Positions 35,372 through 46,713 of a stretch of 64,000 bases of DNA are shown in pieces. The notes beneath the pieces were generated by a model that worked only from the letters and a program-made list of their open reading frames with translations, made no database searches and was not told where the DNA came from. A program made the translations under genes and the position numbers. Source of the DNA: Neophaeotheca triangularis (lineage: Eukaryota); assembly GCA_054600435.1 (NCBI GenBank), contig BAAIJX010000009.1:186001-250000 (forward strand), given 5' to 3'. How positions within the stretch are numbered: the stretch's first letter is position 1; each line of letters starts with the position of its first letter.

Positions 35372-36457
35372 TCATCTTATGCTCGAAACCTCGATCCGGC
35401 CGGCGCCCACTTTGTCCGCCTCCTCATTAAGCGCGTCGATCTCAGCTTGAACGTACGGGATGCCTTCCCCTAAGCGTGTCTCCTCAGTCAGTTGCTCGAT
35501 CTCGCCCGGAAAATAGATGCGGTCGACGCCAGCCATCTTGTCGCTCTCGACTGCTTTCTTGTACAGATAGTCCATTCGTTCCTTGAACTCCTCGAGACTC
35601 ATAAAGAGGTCCGGTTTGATGGCTACCAGAAAATGCCCAACATCAGCGGGCTTAGACGGGTCGTAAGGGTTTGTGACTTGGCCGGCGAAAGCACTCCCAG
35701 AAAGCACACCAGAGAATACATCCATCATGACACTTAGCGCCGAGCCCTTTGGCCCGCCCATGGGTAACATCACCCCATCTAGTGCTAAATTGGGATCATC
35801 AGTCTGGCGGCCTGCAGCATCAAGCGCCCAATCCGTCGGAATCTTCTCCCCTCGCCGCTTAGCTTTGTAGATTTTGCCTCTCGCCGCAACAGATGGTGCC
35901 ATATCGAGGATAAAGGGCTTCTCCTTGCCAGCAGGGGCTCCGCAAGCGATGGGAGAAACGCCCATGAGTTTGCTCATGCCTCCCCAAACCGGTAACGCAG
36001 GCGAGCTGTTCGTGAAAACGAGACTCATCATGCCGGCGTCGATTGCCTGCTGCACTACCCATGCCGACATACCGAAATGATTGGAATGCTTGACGCTACA
36101 AAAGCCTATGCCGTAAATCTTAGCCATGTCGATGGCACTGCTCATTCCCATCCGGGCCGCTACGAATCCGAAGGCGTTATGAGCATCGACCTGGGCGACT
36201 GCCGGCGTGATTTGGGTAAGAGTTGGCTGGGCTTTCGCGTCGAGCACGCCCTGCCGGATTCTTTCCACATAGGAGGGGATTCGATTAATGCCGTGGGTGT
36301 CTACGCCGCGTAGATCAGCCGATACCAGACATCTAGCCACTATCGTCGCGTTCTCAGCTGGCACGCCGTTGCTTTGTAGAACAACCTCGACAAAAGCTTG
36401 TGCATCTTCCTTCTTCACAAGATATTTGGTGGCGTTGGCATTGGGATCCTCCGACAT
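35372..36457 (-). CDS. Ldh_2-family (type 2 malate/L-lactate/sulfolactate/ureidoglycolate dehydrogenase-like) oxidoreductase, intronless
   Basis: ADLRGVDTHG, SNHFG, FTNSSP, SPIACGAP, LDMA.S..ARGKI, WALD..G..T.DP, P.GGPKGSAL, PGE.E. Start taken as MSEDPN (ATG 36457). Confidence 0.9.
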   Translation of the reverse strand: MSEDPNANATKYLVKKEDAQAFVEVVLQSNGVPAENATIVARCLVSADLRGVDTHGINRIPSYVERIRQGVLDAKAQPTLTQITPAVAQVDAHNAFGFVAARMGMSSAIDMAKIYGIGFCSVKHSNHFGMSAWVVQQAIDAGMMSLVFTNSSPALPVWGGMSKLMGVSPIACGAPAGKEKPFILDMAPSVAARGKIYKAKRRGEKIPTDWALDAAGRQTDDPNLALDGVMLPMGGPKGSALSVMMDVFSGVLSGSAFAGQVTNPYDPSKPADVGHFLVAIKPDLFMSLEEFKERMDYLYKKAVESDKMAGVDRIYFPGEIEQLTEETRLGEGIPYVQAEIDALNEEADKVGAGRIEVSSIR

Positions 36458-37073
36458 GGTATTTGCGAGACTGGCCTTGCAGTTGCTATGTTGTTGAGTC
36501 TGGAACGAAACCCAATTCCAAATCCACGCCTGGGTCAAACAGGAAGGCAATTGGAGGATGGGGAGGGAAGAAGAACGGGAGGAGCAACGTAGTTTACATT
36601 GATGTTGTTGCCTGAGGCGTGAAGTTTGATGAACTCGGCTGAGTTGCCAGACGTGAGCCTCGTGGGGATGAATATTTATGACTCGCGTCGACGCACGGGT
36701 ATCAGATACGGCGTCAGATTGGCCAATAACTTCGGCCTCACATGTCAGCCTAGCCTGGCCTTGTGCAGAGCAGGGCGGCATATCACAAGACCTCCATATC
36801 TTACTACCACCCTACCATCCTATGCCACACCTACAAACACGCTTCCCCACCTGTTCCTAATGTCCTGCCCGCCAGGCGAATCCTCCCAAACTGGACCAAA
36901 GAGCAGGAGCTGAGCGGTACCCCGATATCGAGTCCGGCCTCCATACTGACGAGGACATCGAGCTCGCCGAGCTTCCCCCTCCAGCATTAGACGGCGTACT
37001 TCCTGACCAAACACACAGGCCCAGAAGCGATCCGAGACGCCGACGAAAACTCGTCAACCTTCTCGAGGCCGAC

Positions 37074-39848
37074 ATGAAGTTCTCGCACAGCATTCAGTTC
37101 AATGCTGTCCCCGACTGGTCGAGCAACTACATCTCTTACTCGAATCTTAAGAAGCTAATTTACCGGCTTGAAAACGAGAAGCACCATGGAAGAGCATCGG
37201 TAGACCATAATGATCCCGAGTCTTCCCCACTACTAGCCAACGGTGATGCGGTGGAAGATGCAGACAAGGTCTTTACAAGAGCGCTGGACCGCGACCTTGA
37301 CAAGATCTGCTCGTTCTATAAGAAAAAAGAATCTGAACTCTTTGGAGAAGTCGAGGCACTTTTGAAGGATGAAGAGGAATTTGAGCTCGACCAGGGAGGA
37401 GATAGCGAGGCGGGGACTGATAGCGGCATCAGGAAGCCCAGCGCATGGCAAAGAGCAAGGCAGCAGAGCATTTTCCGAAGCTTCCAATTTCCGGCAAAGC
37501 GAAGACGTACGAGTACCATGGGTAGCGGAAATCAGGATAGAGATTCGCCAATACCCGAAGAAGGATCCACTGACGAGGAAGATGCGAATGAGCACAGTGG
37601 CCTTACTAAGAAGAAGTCCAAAGATGGCCGATCAAAATCTCGTAACCTGGCGAGCGACTTTGCTTCCGGCAATGCGCAGTCTGATGAGTGGCAGCGGTCA
37701 TCGCAAGAGTTGCGAAGAAGGCCAAGCACAGCTTTCAACGACTTTGGCGACGATGCTCTGCAGGCACTGTACGATGAAGGAATCACGTTGAAAAAGCGCA
37801 CCGTCAATCTCTACGTCAGTGTCTGTGAGCTTCGTAGTTTTGTGCAGTTGAATGAGACGGGTTTCAGCAAGGTCATCAAGAAGTACGACAAGACGCTGGA
37901 CCGAAAGCTGAAATCGGCGTACATCAACTCCAAGGTCAAGCCAGCGTACCCTTTTCTACAAAGCACAATGGACAATCTACTAGACAATCTTGCCAAAGTT
38001 GAGCAAGCGTACGCCGGGATTGTGACAAAAGGCGATGTCGAAACTGCGCGCAACGAGCTTCGTCTTCATCTACGAGAACACGTCGTCTGGGAGCGCAATA
38101 CCGTCTGGCGAGAGATGATTGGCATCGAGCGCAAAGCCCAAGCTGCAAACCTGGGGATTAGGAACACCATGCTTGGGCAGGACACGGATCCGAAAAAGGC
38201 CCGCTTGCAGGGCGACGATGACACCGGCGCTACCAAGGAAGTCAGTACACCTGTCGGCAGATATACATGCCCTAGGTTCTTGCTCAGCGGTACTTTCTGG
38301 ACTCTGATCGCCTCCATTATCCTCTTCGTGGTGCTTTTGCTTGTCCCGATCATGGAACAAGAGGAGCAGCAAAACTGTCTGGCCCTTGTTGTATTCGTCT
38401 CTTTATTATGGGCAACGGAGGTGAGTCTTGCAACGACTCTCAATTGAAACCAAGCTCACGCGACGCAGGCTATACCGTTGTTCGTGACCTCGCTACTCGT
38501 GCCTTTCCTTGTCGTCGTGCTTGATGTGGTGCGCAGCGACGAAAAACCTCACCATCGCTTGGGAAGTAAACAAGCTGCTTCGTACATATTTGCGGCAATG
38601 TGGACACCCGTGATAATGCTCCTGCTAGGCGGTTTTACCATCGCTGCAGCTTTGAGCAAGTACAATATTGCAAAGATGATGGCGACTTTTGTCCTTTCAA
38701 AGGCCGGCACTAAGCCGCGAACTGTTTTGCTAACAAGTATGGGTGTCGCCATGTTCGCGAGCATGTGGATTTCGAACGTCGCCGCTCCCGTACTCTGCTT
38801 CAGCATTATACAGGTAACAATTCATCCGAACTGTGCGTCTTCACTTGCAAGCTAACAATTACTAGCCTATCCTTCGCAACCTTCCGTCTGATTCAGACAT
38901 GACCAAAGCGCTTCTCTTGGGTATCGCGCTTGCCTCCAACATGGGCGGCGCTGCATCACCCATCGCATCACCCCAGAACCTCATCGCTTTGCAAAACATG
39001 GAACCTCAGCCTGGCTGGGGAATCTGGTTCTTCATCGCGCTCCCCGTCTGCATTATCTCAATCGTCCTAATCTGGCTGTTGCTTCTCGTAACATTCCGCC
39101 CGGGCCGCAACACCACCATCGTCCCCATCAGGCCAATGAAGGACAAATTCACTGGAATCCAATGGTTCATCAGCATCGTGACGATTGCGACGATTGCGCT
39201 GTGGTGCGTAAGCCACCAGCTCGAAGGCCTTTTTGGCGACATGGGCGTCATAGCCATCATCCCCATCGTCCTCTTCTTCGGTACCGGCATCCTGACGAAA
39301 GAAGACTTCAATAACTTCCTCTGGACCATCATCATCCTAGCCGCTGGCGGTCTGGCGCTCGGCAAAGCCGTCAACAGCAGTGGACTACTGCACACCATCG
39401 CCAATGCTATCACGGCGGAAGTCGAGGGTCTGAGTCTGTACGGCGTCCTTTGCGTTTTCGCCGGCCTCATCGCCGTCGTGGCAACTTTCATCAGCCACAC
39501 TGTCGCCGCGCTCATCGTCCTGCCGCTTGTGAAGCAAGTGGGCGCTGGGATGTCGGAGCCGCACCCGAATCTCCTGGTCATGGGCTCAGTGCTCATGGCT
39601 TCTGCGGCGATGGGTTTGCCTACTTCTGGTTTTCCCAATATGAGTAAGCTCGAATTCTTTCCCCAACGATCAGTCCTCATCATGCTGACTTTACTGCTTT
39701 AGCTGCCATCATGATGGAGGACTCGCAGACCGGTCAGCGATACTTGCAAGTGCGCCATTTTATCACGAGAGGCATCCCCGCTAGCATCATTGCTTACGGT
39801 GTCATCGTCTCACTTGGGTATGGTCTGATGCTTGCTGTTGGCTTCTGA
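37074..39848 (+). CDS. PHO91: SPX-domain low-affinity phosphate transporter (Pho87/Pho90/Pho91 family); exons 37074-38420, 38469-38813, 38866-39643, 39703-39848
   Basis: MKFSHSIQFNAVPDW...Y..YSNLKK SPX start, LNETGFSKVIKKYDK, LREHVVWERNTVWREMIG, SMWISNVAAP, ASPQN, TFISHTVAA, PTSGFPNMTA. Confidence 0.92.
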
Positions 39849-39982
39849 TTGAGGCTCCCTCCCTTTTGAATAGAATCTGTAGATTTTGGTAATACAAACC
39901 ATTACATTCGTGAAAGCCCGTTGATACACAATTATTGCAGGTTAAAACGAGCACACAAGCGTTCTCTCCAAAGAAAGTACCG

Positions 39983-41824
39983 TCAAGAGCCACGACCAGC
40001 GTGCTCACCCTCTGTATCGTCAACATCTTCCGCCTCATGTCCCTCCCCTTTCCGCATTTTCACAATCAGCAGATCCACCAGAATCGCCAATGAGACCGCC
40101 GCCAAGAAGTAGAAAGGCAACCCTGCGACCCCGATTTCCATGCCGCGCTCAAACAACGCCGCCAGCAACGGCGACCCAAGCATCACACCGAGAGTATCGA
40201 CGATACTGACCTAGAAGAACGCGGTCATCAGCTCCGAACTCAGCCAGAACCCGCAAACCCCAGTCCGCTAACCAAACGCAAAGCGATACGAGACAAAAAG
40301 AAAAGGAAAAGGAAAAGGAAAAGGAAAACTCACAAGACTATACACCCTCGCCACCTCGCCCTTGCCCACGATGCCGACGAGAAAACTCCGAACCAAAAAC
40401 GGCATCCCCGCCCCCAAACTACTCGCGACCAAGCCCACCACAAACCCCCCGATTCCATTCGCCGCTCCCACGCACCCCCACCCCGCGATCATGAACCCCG
40501 CTGAACCGCGAGCGAGGTACAGATCGCGGGCCTGGCTCGAGAGCCCCAACTTCCGTACACAGTGGTTCGAGAGCGAGGGGAGCAGGAGCAGGAATAGCAG
40601 GACGAGGGCTAGGGAGCGTAGGGTCAGTAGGAGGGTGGCGGTTGATAGTGGAAGCGCGTAGGTTTTGCTGCTGTATTGGAGGAGGGTTGTCGAGACGCCG
40701 TCGGTTAGGAGGAGGTGGACGGTGAAGGGGAGGATTAGGAGGGGTAGGCGGTGGTCTGTTCTTAGGAAGTTAAGGGGTTGGAGGGCGGTGGTTAGTGGGC
40801 GTAGGAGGACGTGCGGTTTGTCGGGTTGGGAGTGGGTTTCGGGTGGTGTGGTGGGGGTGTGGTTTGAGGGTTCGTGTGATGTGGGTGAGGGCTCGGGCGA
40901 GGGGCACTGTGGGATGTGGTTTAGGGTTTCCGGGACTAGGGTGAAGAGCAAGCAGGCTAGAATCTGCAAGAGTAGAGCGAGGAAGCATGGAATCCATGGG
41001 TTGTAATGCATGAGCCAGGCGGCGATTGGAGGCATCACCAGCCCGGCTACGAGGTTCGCGGCTCCCAAGCGGAAGAAAACAGCGGCGCGACCGGCTTGGG
41101 GGACTACGTCGGCGAGCATTGTGAATACCAGAGCCGAGACGACGGCGTTGCCACCCCCTAGCAAGCCGGTAAAAGATGACAGCCAGCTGAATCGTATGTC
41201 GAAGCTCTGCCAAAACCAAGTCACCAACTGCGGCCAAGCGGAGTTCAGCGGCATGGCTATCAGCGCCAACATGACAATCGGTTTCCGACCGTAGCGGTCG
41301 GCGGCCCATCCGAAGGGAATGGCGAGCAGCAACGACGGGAACCCATCGAAGAAGGCCTGATAGCCCTTCAGCTCTGCCAACTCGCTCTGAACTGCGTCTG
41401 CTTTACACCACATCTCCGCCACACCACCTAGAGCTCCGGGGCCGATTTTGTCGCGGCTCAAGAGGAGTTTCGACGGGTCGTGGGTTTCGAAGTGGGAGTA
41501 GCAGATTACGGATTCGAAGATGCGGGTTTGAGGTGAGTCTTGTAGTTGATCGCCACAAGAGGTGAGGACTACGACGAACATGATGAGGGTGATTATTGCG
41601 GCTGGGGCACGGACTCGGGGGATTATGTTTGAGGTGGAATCATCGGTTTGCACATAGTGCCGGTTGGGTTGGTTCAGTAAGGGCGTGGAATCGTTGGGTG
41701 GGCTGTGTTCCTGCGCTTCAACGGAAGGCTGTTTAGAGAGATTCGATGGTTTGTTGCCACTTTCGGATTGGCTGCTGTTGTTTTGGTGAGCGGTATCGTC
41801 GGAGTCGTTGATGAGTGAAGGCAT
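39983..41824 (-). CDS. MFS transporter of unknown substrate; exons 41824-40334 and 40210-39983
   Basis: Motif A-like G..ADRYGRK, multiple TM helices, luminal E..IC...CK...VQ.ELA loop. Intron GTGAGT..CTGAT..TAG joins RVYSL to VSIVDTLG. Confidence 0.8.
40301..40328 (+). repeat. (AAAAGG)4 microsatellite inside the MFS intron
   Basis: aaaaggaaaaggaaaaggaaaaggaaaa. Confidence 0.85.
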
Positions 41825-42456
41825 GATTGATTCAAGATGGCATCAACATGAATTGGGCACTATCCAAATCCGTAGACCCCAGCAACAGGAGCAAGGAATT
41901 CCCAAGATGGAGAGAGGTTGATGTAGTCTGTTTCTGTGTCGTGGGTGCCTGAGGTGGGCTGTTTGTGACTTCAGCACTCGCGCTGTCTACCTAATAAGGT
42001 ATCCAAGTAAGGGCAGGGGGAGGTAGGAAGGAGGTGGGAGGTGGGAGGTGGGAGGGAGCCCACCCACGGAGTCCGGAGTCCGGAGTCCGCGGTCTCCGGC
42101 GTTGGACATCCGCGGGATAAGGTTGCATGAGTTGCATGAGGTGTGCATGGATTAATGAAGACATTGCAGTGACGACGGGGGCAAGAGCTGTCTTTATCCC
42201 ATAGCAGGATAGTAATGATAATTATCATCCACACTGGGTAATAATATACACAACCTTGTGAGCTTATAAGCGGTTCCGTTTGAATCAATCAATATTGGCA
42301 CGTGCGTCCTGCCCTGCAGGTGCCCATCCTCCAAACTCGATGCTGACAACTCCCGTTGCTCGCCGCTGCCTGAAAGAAATACATGCCCTGTCTTCATCGC
42401 AGCACCCACCCGGGCAGCAGTCACGCTGGCAAATCAATCAAATTGCATCACCGGTC

Positions 42457-43722
42457 ATGCATTCTTGTCGTTGCTCAACGAGAGCGCTCGAACTATTCGT
42501 CAAGGATCTTGCAGCTCTCAACGTTAGGACTCTCTCGCAGCCATCTCGACAGTTCAGCGCCAGGCCAGCACGTCGACAAGTCAATTCCGCAAGCATAAAG
42601 AAACAGGAACCCGCATACGTACCCTTCGATACTGCGAATGCGCCTAGAAGGCAACCATTCGATTCGCAGAGCAGGCCATCTGGGAGTCACGGTGAGGCTC
42701 TGCTAGGTGCAGATAGCCAGGGAGCATCCGAGGAATGGCATGCTGAGCTTGAGATATTGCAGCCAAACCATGGACAGGATGGTGAATCTCTCACTGTGCC
42801 ATCTCAGTTGCACACTGAGCCGGTGCAAGATACAAACTCCGTGGATTCGATAAAGTTGCCACGGCTTGCAGAGTCGGGGGAGCCGACTCGCCTAGCAGTA
42901 AAAATCCCTGAGATAAAATACATGACACCTGCGCCTATCACGGCAACAAAACCGCAGAATTCTGCTCGCAAAGAGAGAAAGATGAAGCGGACCCAGGAAG
43001 GGACCTTCAAAAGCGCGGCAAGAGCTCGCAAAGCGGGGGAAGCGCAAGAGGATGAACAAAATCAAGAAGTGGAGGTGGAAGATCAAATGATCTCTGTCAT
43101 GAAGAACCTCGAATCAATGCAAGGTGTCGGAGAGCTTCTGCCACCCAAGGTGCGCAAAGAGCGCAAACCAAGGTCGGAAACGGGACGAAACGCACCCAAG
43201 GCGAAAAAGGAGGGAGATGCCAACGCTACGCAGAAACAGCCACCGAAGATCAAAAGAGAACGCTGGCAAATACAAAAGGACGCATTGGAGTCTAAACTAG
43301 GCGACCAGCCCTGGAATCCTCGCAAACGCTTGTCTCCTGACACGCTCGATGGCATTCGAGCGCTCCATGCCTCCAATCCGAATGCTTACAGCACGGAAGT
43401 ATTGTCCGAGCATTTCAAAGTGACGCCCGAGAATATTCGAAGGATCTTGAAGTCGAAGTGGCGGCCTAATGCGGACGAAGTTGAGGATAGGAGGGCAAGG
43501 TGGGAGAAGAGGGGTGTCAAGAAGTGGAGTGAGATGGCTGAATTGGGGCTTAGACCGCCTAAGCAATGGAGAGAGATGGGTGTGGGGAGTGTCAAGGGAG
43601 AGCCTGACGAGAAGCCGGCTTGGAAGAAAGGTGGGAGAAGAAAAAACGAAGCGAGCGATTGGGGGGAAGAGAGTACTGCTGGGTCCATAGTCGAGCAAGG
43701 TCTGGCGGATAGGATTTTGTAG
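42457..43722 (+). CDS. RRG9: Required for respiratory growth protein 9 (neugrin family), mitochondrial
   Basis: WQIQK.AL..K....WNPRKRLSPD..DGIRALH and F.V.PE.IRRILKSKWRP. Arg/Ser-rich N-terminus. Alternative in-frame ATG at 42340. Confidence 0.88.
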   Translation: MHSCRCSTRALELFVKDLAALNVRTLSQPSRQFSARPARRQVNSASIKKQEPAYVPFDTANAPRRQPFDSQSRPSGSHGEALLGADSQGASEEWHAELEILQPNHGQDGESLTVPSQLHTEPVQDTNSVDSIKLPRLAESGEPTRLAVKIPEIKYMTPAPITATKPQNSARKERKMKRTQEGTFKSAARARKAGEAQEDEQNQEVEVEDQMISVMKNLESMQGVGELLPPKVRKERKPRSETGRNAPKAKKEGDANATQKQPPKIKRERWQIQKDALESKLGDQPWNPRKRLSPDTLDGIRALHASNPNAYSTEVLSEHFKVTPENIRRILKSKWRPNADEVEDRRARWEKRGVKKWSEMAELGLRPPKQWREMGVGSVKGEPDEKPAWKKGGRRKNEASDWGEESTAGSIVEQGLADRIL

Positions 43723-44127
43723 CGATGAGGACTGCTATGTGGTCACGAGTGGTGTCATAGCCTCCAAGAGCGACGATCAACGCAATGAAGGGGCAGCTAA
43801 GGACTGCGCCCCTGTGTATAATATAAGTGTACAGAGACATAACCGGCAATACTCCATCCTATCTTCTGCCCAAAAGGGAAGTCATGGCTTCGCCAAGCCC
43901 CCGTCCGCTAGCGAGACGAACCACCTCAGCCAACGTCATGCCATCAACGAGCTGGGCCAGCTGCGCGCTCTATGAACTTCATCTGTCTCAGCACCTGTTT
44001 TGCTTCTCTTGCCAAGGTACCTAGTCCATGTCTGTCTCTGTATATGCCGACGTGTAGCATGGTCCACCTGCCAGACGATGCGCTTCGGAGATAGCAGCAC
44101 ACAAGCTGCTCCCTTACTTCGCCCTCC

Positions 44128-46713
44128 ATGGCTCCCCCGGCTGCGCCCACGAACATACGCACCTTTGTGCAATGGAAGGAGAACACTGTACACTCCGGCG
44201 AACCCATAGAATGCGTCATTACCTTCAAAAACGTAGCGAAGCTTCCGGGACAGCAAGAAGCCACAGCGCCGCATCCCAATGGCTCCGTCAAGGACAAATC
44301 TCGAGGATACCCTCCATCTGCTGCAAACAGTAGGCGGTCGTCTGTCGCGCAGCAGAATGGCAAACCGTCGCATTCACGCGCAGCTTCGGTTGCGAGTGCG
44401 CGAAATCCATCGGGAGGAAAGGGACATAGGCCTGCGTTGTCGCTCAATGTCATCGCCGCGTCGGGAAGAGGGGGTTTGCATAGCGCGCCGCTGCAGGGTC
44501 GATGGCCGCACAATGCTTCGGGGCCAGGGAAGGGCCATGGAAGAGCGTTGTCGATAATGTCGCTGGGTAGTGAGCCGGTGAGCGAAGGCAGGACCCCCAC
44601 CAATGGGCCCTCGGGCTCGAAGAAACATTTTAAGGGACATGGGAGAAGTGCTAGTGCGCAAGCCTTCACGAATACGAGTGTTCCACCGCGGGTGCTGGAG
44701 GGTGTGGGTAATGGAATGCCCTCGGACTTGCTCTCCCCTCGCCAGCCTTCACCATTACATGAAGCCAACACTCCCCCAGCTCTACCGGAAGCTCTGCCGC
44801 TACGGCCGCCTAAGAAGCGACCAGGCGCGGTCTCGGCGAATACCACACCCGATCTCGGTCGGCAGCCTAGCGTTCGTGACGGATCATTTGTGCCTGACTT
44901 TCAGTTCCCTCCACGGCCGCAGCAGGCAAGGAAGTCTCCTTCCCCTGTACGCGATCGACCCCGTCCCGCTCGCAGCCCGGCGAGCATGCATTCTGCTCAG
45001 CCGTCTCGTTCGCCGCGGCTGGAGGGTTATTCGGGCAATTCAAACGCCAATCCCCTATCTCGAGTCATTTCCGAAGCCTCCACTAGCGGAACACCAAGAA
45101 GCAGCAGCGAGTTCTACAGCATGAGCAATCACAGCGAGGAAACAATGGCTTCGGAGTTGCCGTATCAGAACAAGGCAAATGGTAGGCTCTTGTCCAAACC
45201 TGCCCATTCTCGGCAGCCCTCTTCAAAGCAAGCGACGCCCACGGGACCCGAGACACTCATGATGGGCTACGCGCAGACCATGGGCCATTTTGTCGTCGAC
45301 GGTAGCTTAGTCAACTCGGCACCTTTTGAAGACGTCAAACGCAAAGGCGTGCAAGGGGGAGGAGGTGTTGTTGGTGTTGAGCGCTCGAAGAGAAATTCTG
45401 GCGTATTCGGCGGTTTCAGCTGGGGAAACATTGGAGAGTCAATTGGAGGGCTTTTGGGCAACGACGAAAACAGCTCGATGGCGCAGATGAAAGCTACAGT
45501 CGGATCCAAGACTGTACCGTTGCTTTCGACACCCCAGAGTCTGTTATTCGTCGATCTCAGGCTTGCGCCAGGCGAGAGCAGAAGTTATGCTTATCAATTC
45601 TCGCTGCCTCGCGGGCTGCCACCCAGTCATCGAGGACGAGCGATCAAGGTTTCGTATTATCTGGCCATCAGCATTCAAAGACCCGAAGGCCAAGCTGTCA
45701 AAACAGTGGAGATACCTTTTCGAGTGCTTGGTAGCGTCGACTCACGAGGCGAGATGCTCGGACACGATCTCACGTCGCCCTACATCCTATTACAGGACGA
45801 AGCTCGCACAAAGAGCATAGTTCCTAATGATGCAGATTCGAATTCCTTCACATTATCGCGACCCTCCGACAAATCGCCAAACAAGTCTAAACCCGCCGCC
45901 CAAGGCCTAGAAGATTTCCTTCGTTACACCGAAAGGCTACTGGCCCAACCCGCCGACAGCAACCCCATTCTCCTCTCCCCCACCTCTCCTACTTCCCCCT
46001 CCCTAAGCCGCACCCAGTCCTACCCCGACCTAACCCCAACCAACTCCAAACAAGCCATCGACTACGCCATCCTCCGCTCCAACCGCGCCGCCAATCCCAC
46101 CTCCACAACCTCTCAAACCCCCAACCGCTTCAACATAGCCCGCAACGGTCAACCCATCGCCGTCCTTACTCTCCTCCGTCCCGCTTACAAACTCGGCGAA
46201 ACAGTCCAAGGCACTCTCGATTTCACGTTTAAACACCTCAACACCACCACCCCAACGTACGCTGTCAACTTCTCTCTCGAAACGTCGGAAACCGTCGATC
46301 CCAGTTTGGCGCTGCGGAGCGGCAGCAGCATACACCGCGCGACTCGCAAGGTGCATGCTCTGCAGCGGGAGAACACGCTTTTTGCGCGCCAGACGGCTTT
46401 TGCGCTGCCGATTCCGGCTAACGCGACGCCCGGATTTGAAACAACAGGTGTGGGTTTGGGCTGGGTTCTAAAGGTCGAGTTTATGGTTCAGCGACAGCAG
46501 CAGCAGCAGCAGCAGCAGGGTAGTAAGAGTGGGGTGGGGAATGGGCAAGAGGATCTTCTCGAGTCACTTGGGCAGGATGAGAGAGGTCGCAGTTATTTGG
46601 CTAGGGAGAGATTGCTGGCCGAGACTTTTGAGATTTCCGTGCCCTTGCGGGTTTATGGGGCGCCGAGTGTGGAGGATGTTTTGGCAAGGGAGGGCGAGGG
46701 TTTGGAGATTTGA
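44128..46713 (+). CDS. RGP1: Rgp1-domain protein (Ric1-Rgp1 GEF subunit)
   Basis: V..GE.IEC.ITFKN, ETLMMGYAQ..G.F.VDGSLV, PLLSTPQSLLFVDLRLAPGESRSY, LP.GLPPSHRGRA.K..Y, RPAYKLGE, TPGFET.GV.L.W.LKVEF. Confidence 0.88.
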   Translation: MAPPAAPTNIRTFVQWKENTVHSGEPIECVITFKNVAKLPGQQEATAPHPNGSVKDKSRGYPPSAANSRRSSVAQQNGKPSHSRAASVASARNPSGGKGHRPALSLNVIAASGRGGLHSAPLQGRWPHNASGPGKGHGRALSIMSLGSEPVSEGRTPTNGPSGSKKHFKGHGRSASAQAFTNTSVPPRVLEGVGNGMPSDLLSPRQPSPLHEANTPPALPEALPLRPPKKRPGAVSANTTPDLGRQPSVRDGSFVPDFQFPPRPQQARKSPSPVRDRPRPARSPASMHSAQPSRSPRLEGYSGNSNANPLSRVISEASTSGTPRSSSEFYSMSNHSEETMASELPYQNKANGRLLSKPAHSRQPSSKQATPTGPETLMMGYAQTMGHFVVDGSLVNSAPFEDVKRKGVQGGGGVVGVERSKRNSGVFGGFSWGNIGESIGGLLGNDENSSMAQMKATVGSKTVPLLSTPQSLLFVDLRLAPGESRSYAYQFSLPRGLPPSHRGRAIKVSYYLAISIQRPEGQAVKTVEIPFRVLGSVDSRGEMLGHDLTSPYILLQDEARTKSIVPNDADSNSFTLSRPSDKSPNKSKPAAQGLEDFLRYTERLLAQPADSNPILLSPTSPTSPSLSRTQSYPDLTPTNSKQAIDYAILRSNRAANPTSTTSQTPNRFNIARNGQPIAVLTLLRPAYKLGETVQGTLDFTFKHLNTTTPTYAVNFSLETSETVDPSLALRSGSSIHRATRKVHALQRENTLFARQTAFALPIPANATPGFETTGVGLGWVLKVEFMVQRQQQQQQQQGSKSGVGNGQEDLLESLGQDERGRSYLARERLLAETFEISVPLRVYGAPSVEDVLAREGEGLEI
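46495..46518 (+). repeat. (CAG)8 encoding polyQ in Rgp1
   Basis: Eight perfect CAG units in frame. Confidence 0.9.

Noticed and set aside
4903..46713. Trafficking gene cluster (SEC6, SEC31, RGP1)
   Set aside because: The genes are far apart and interspersed with unrelated housekeeping genes; no evidence of co-regulation.
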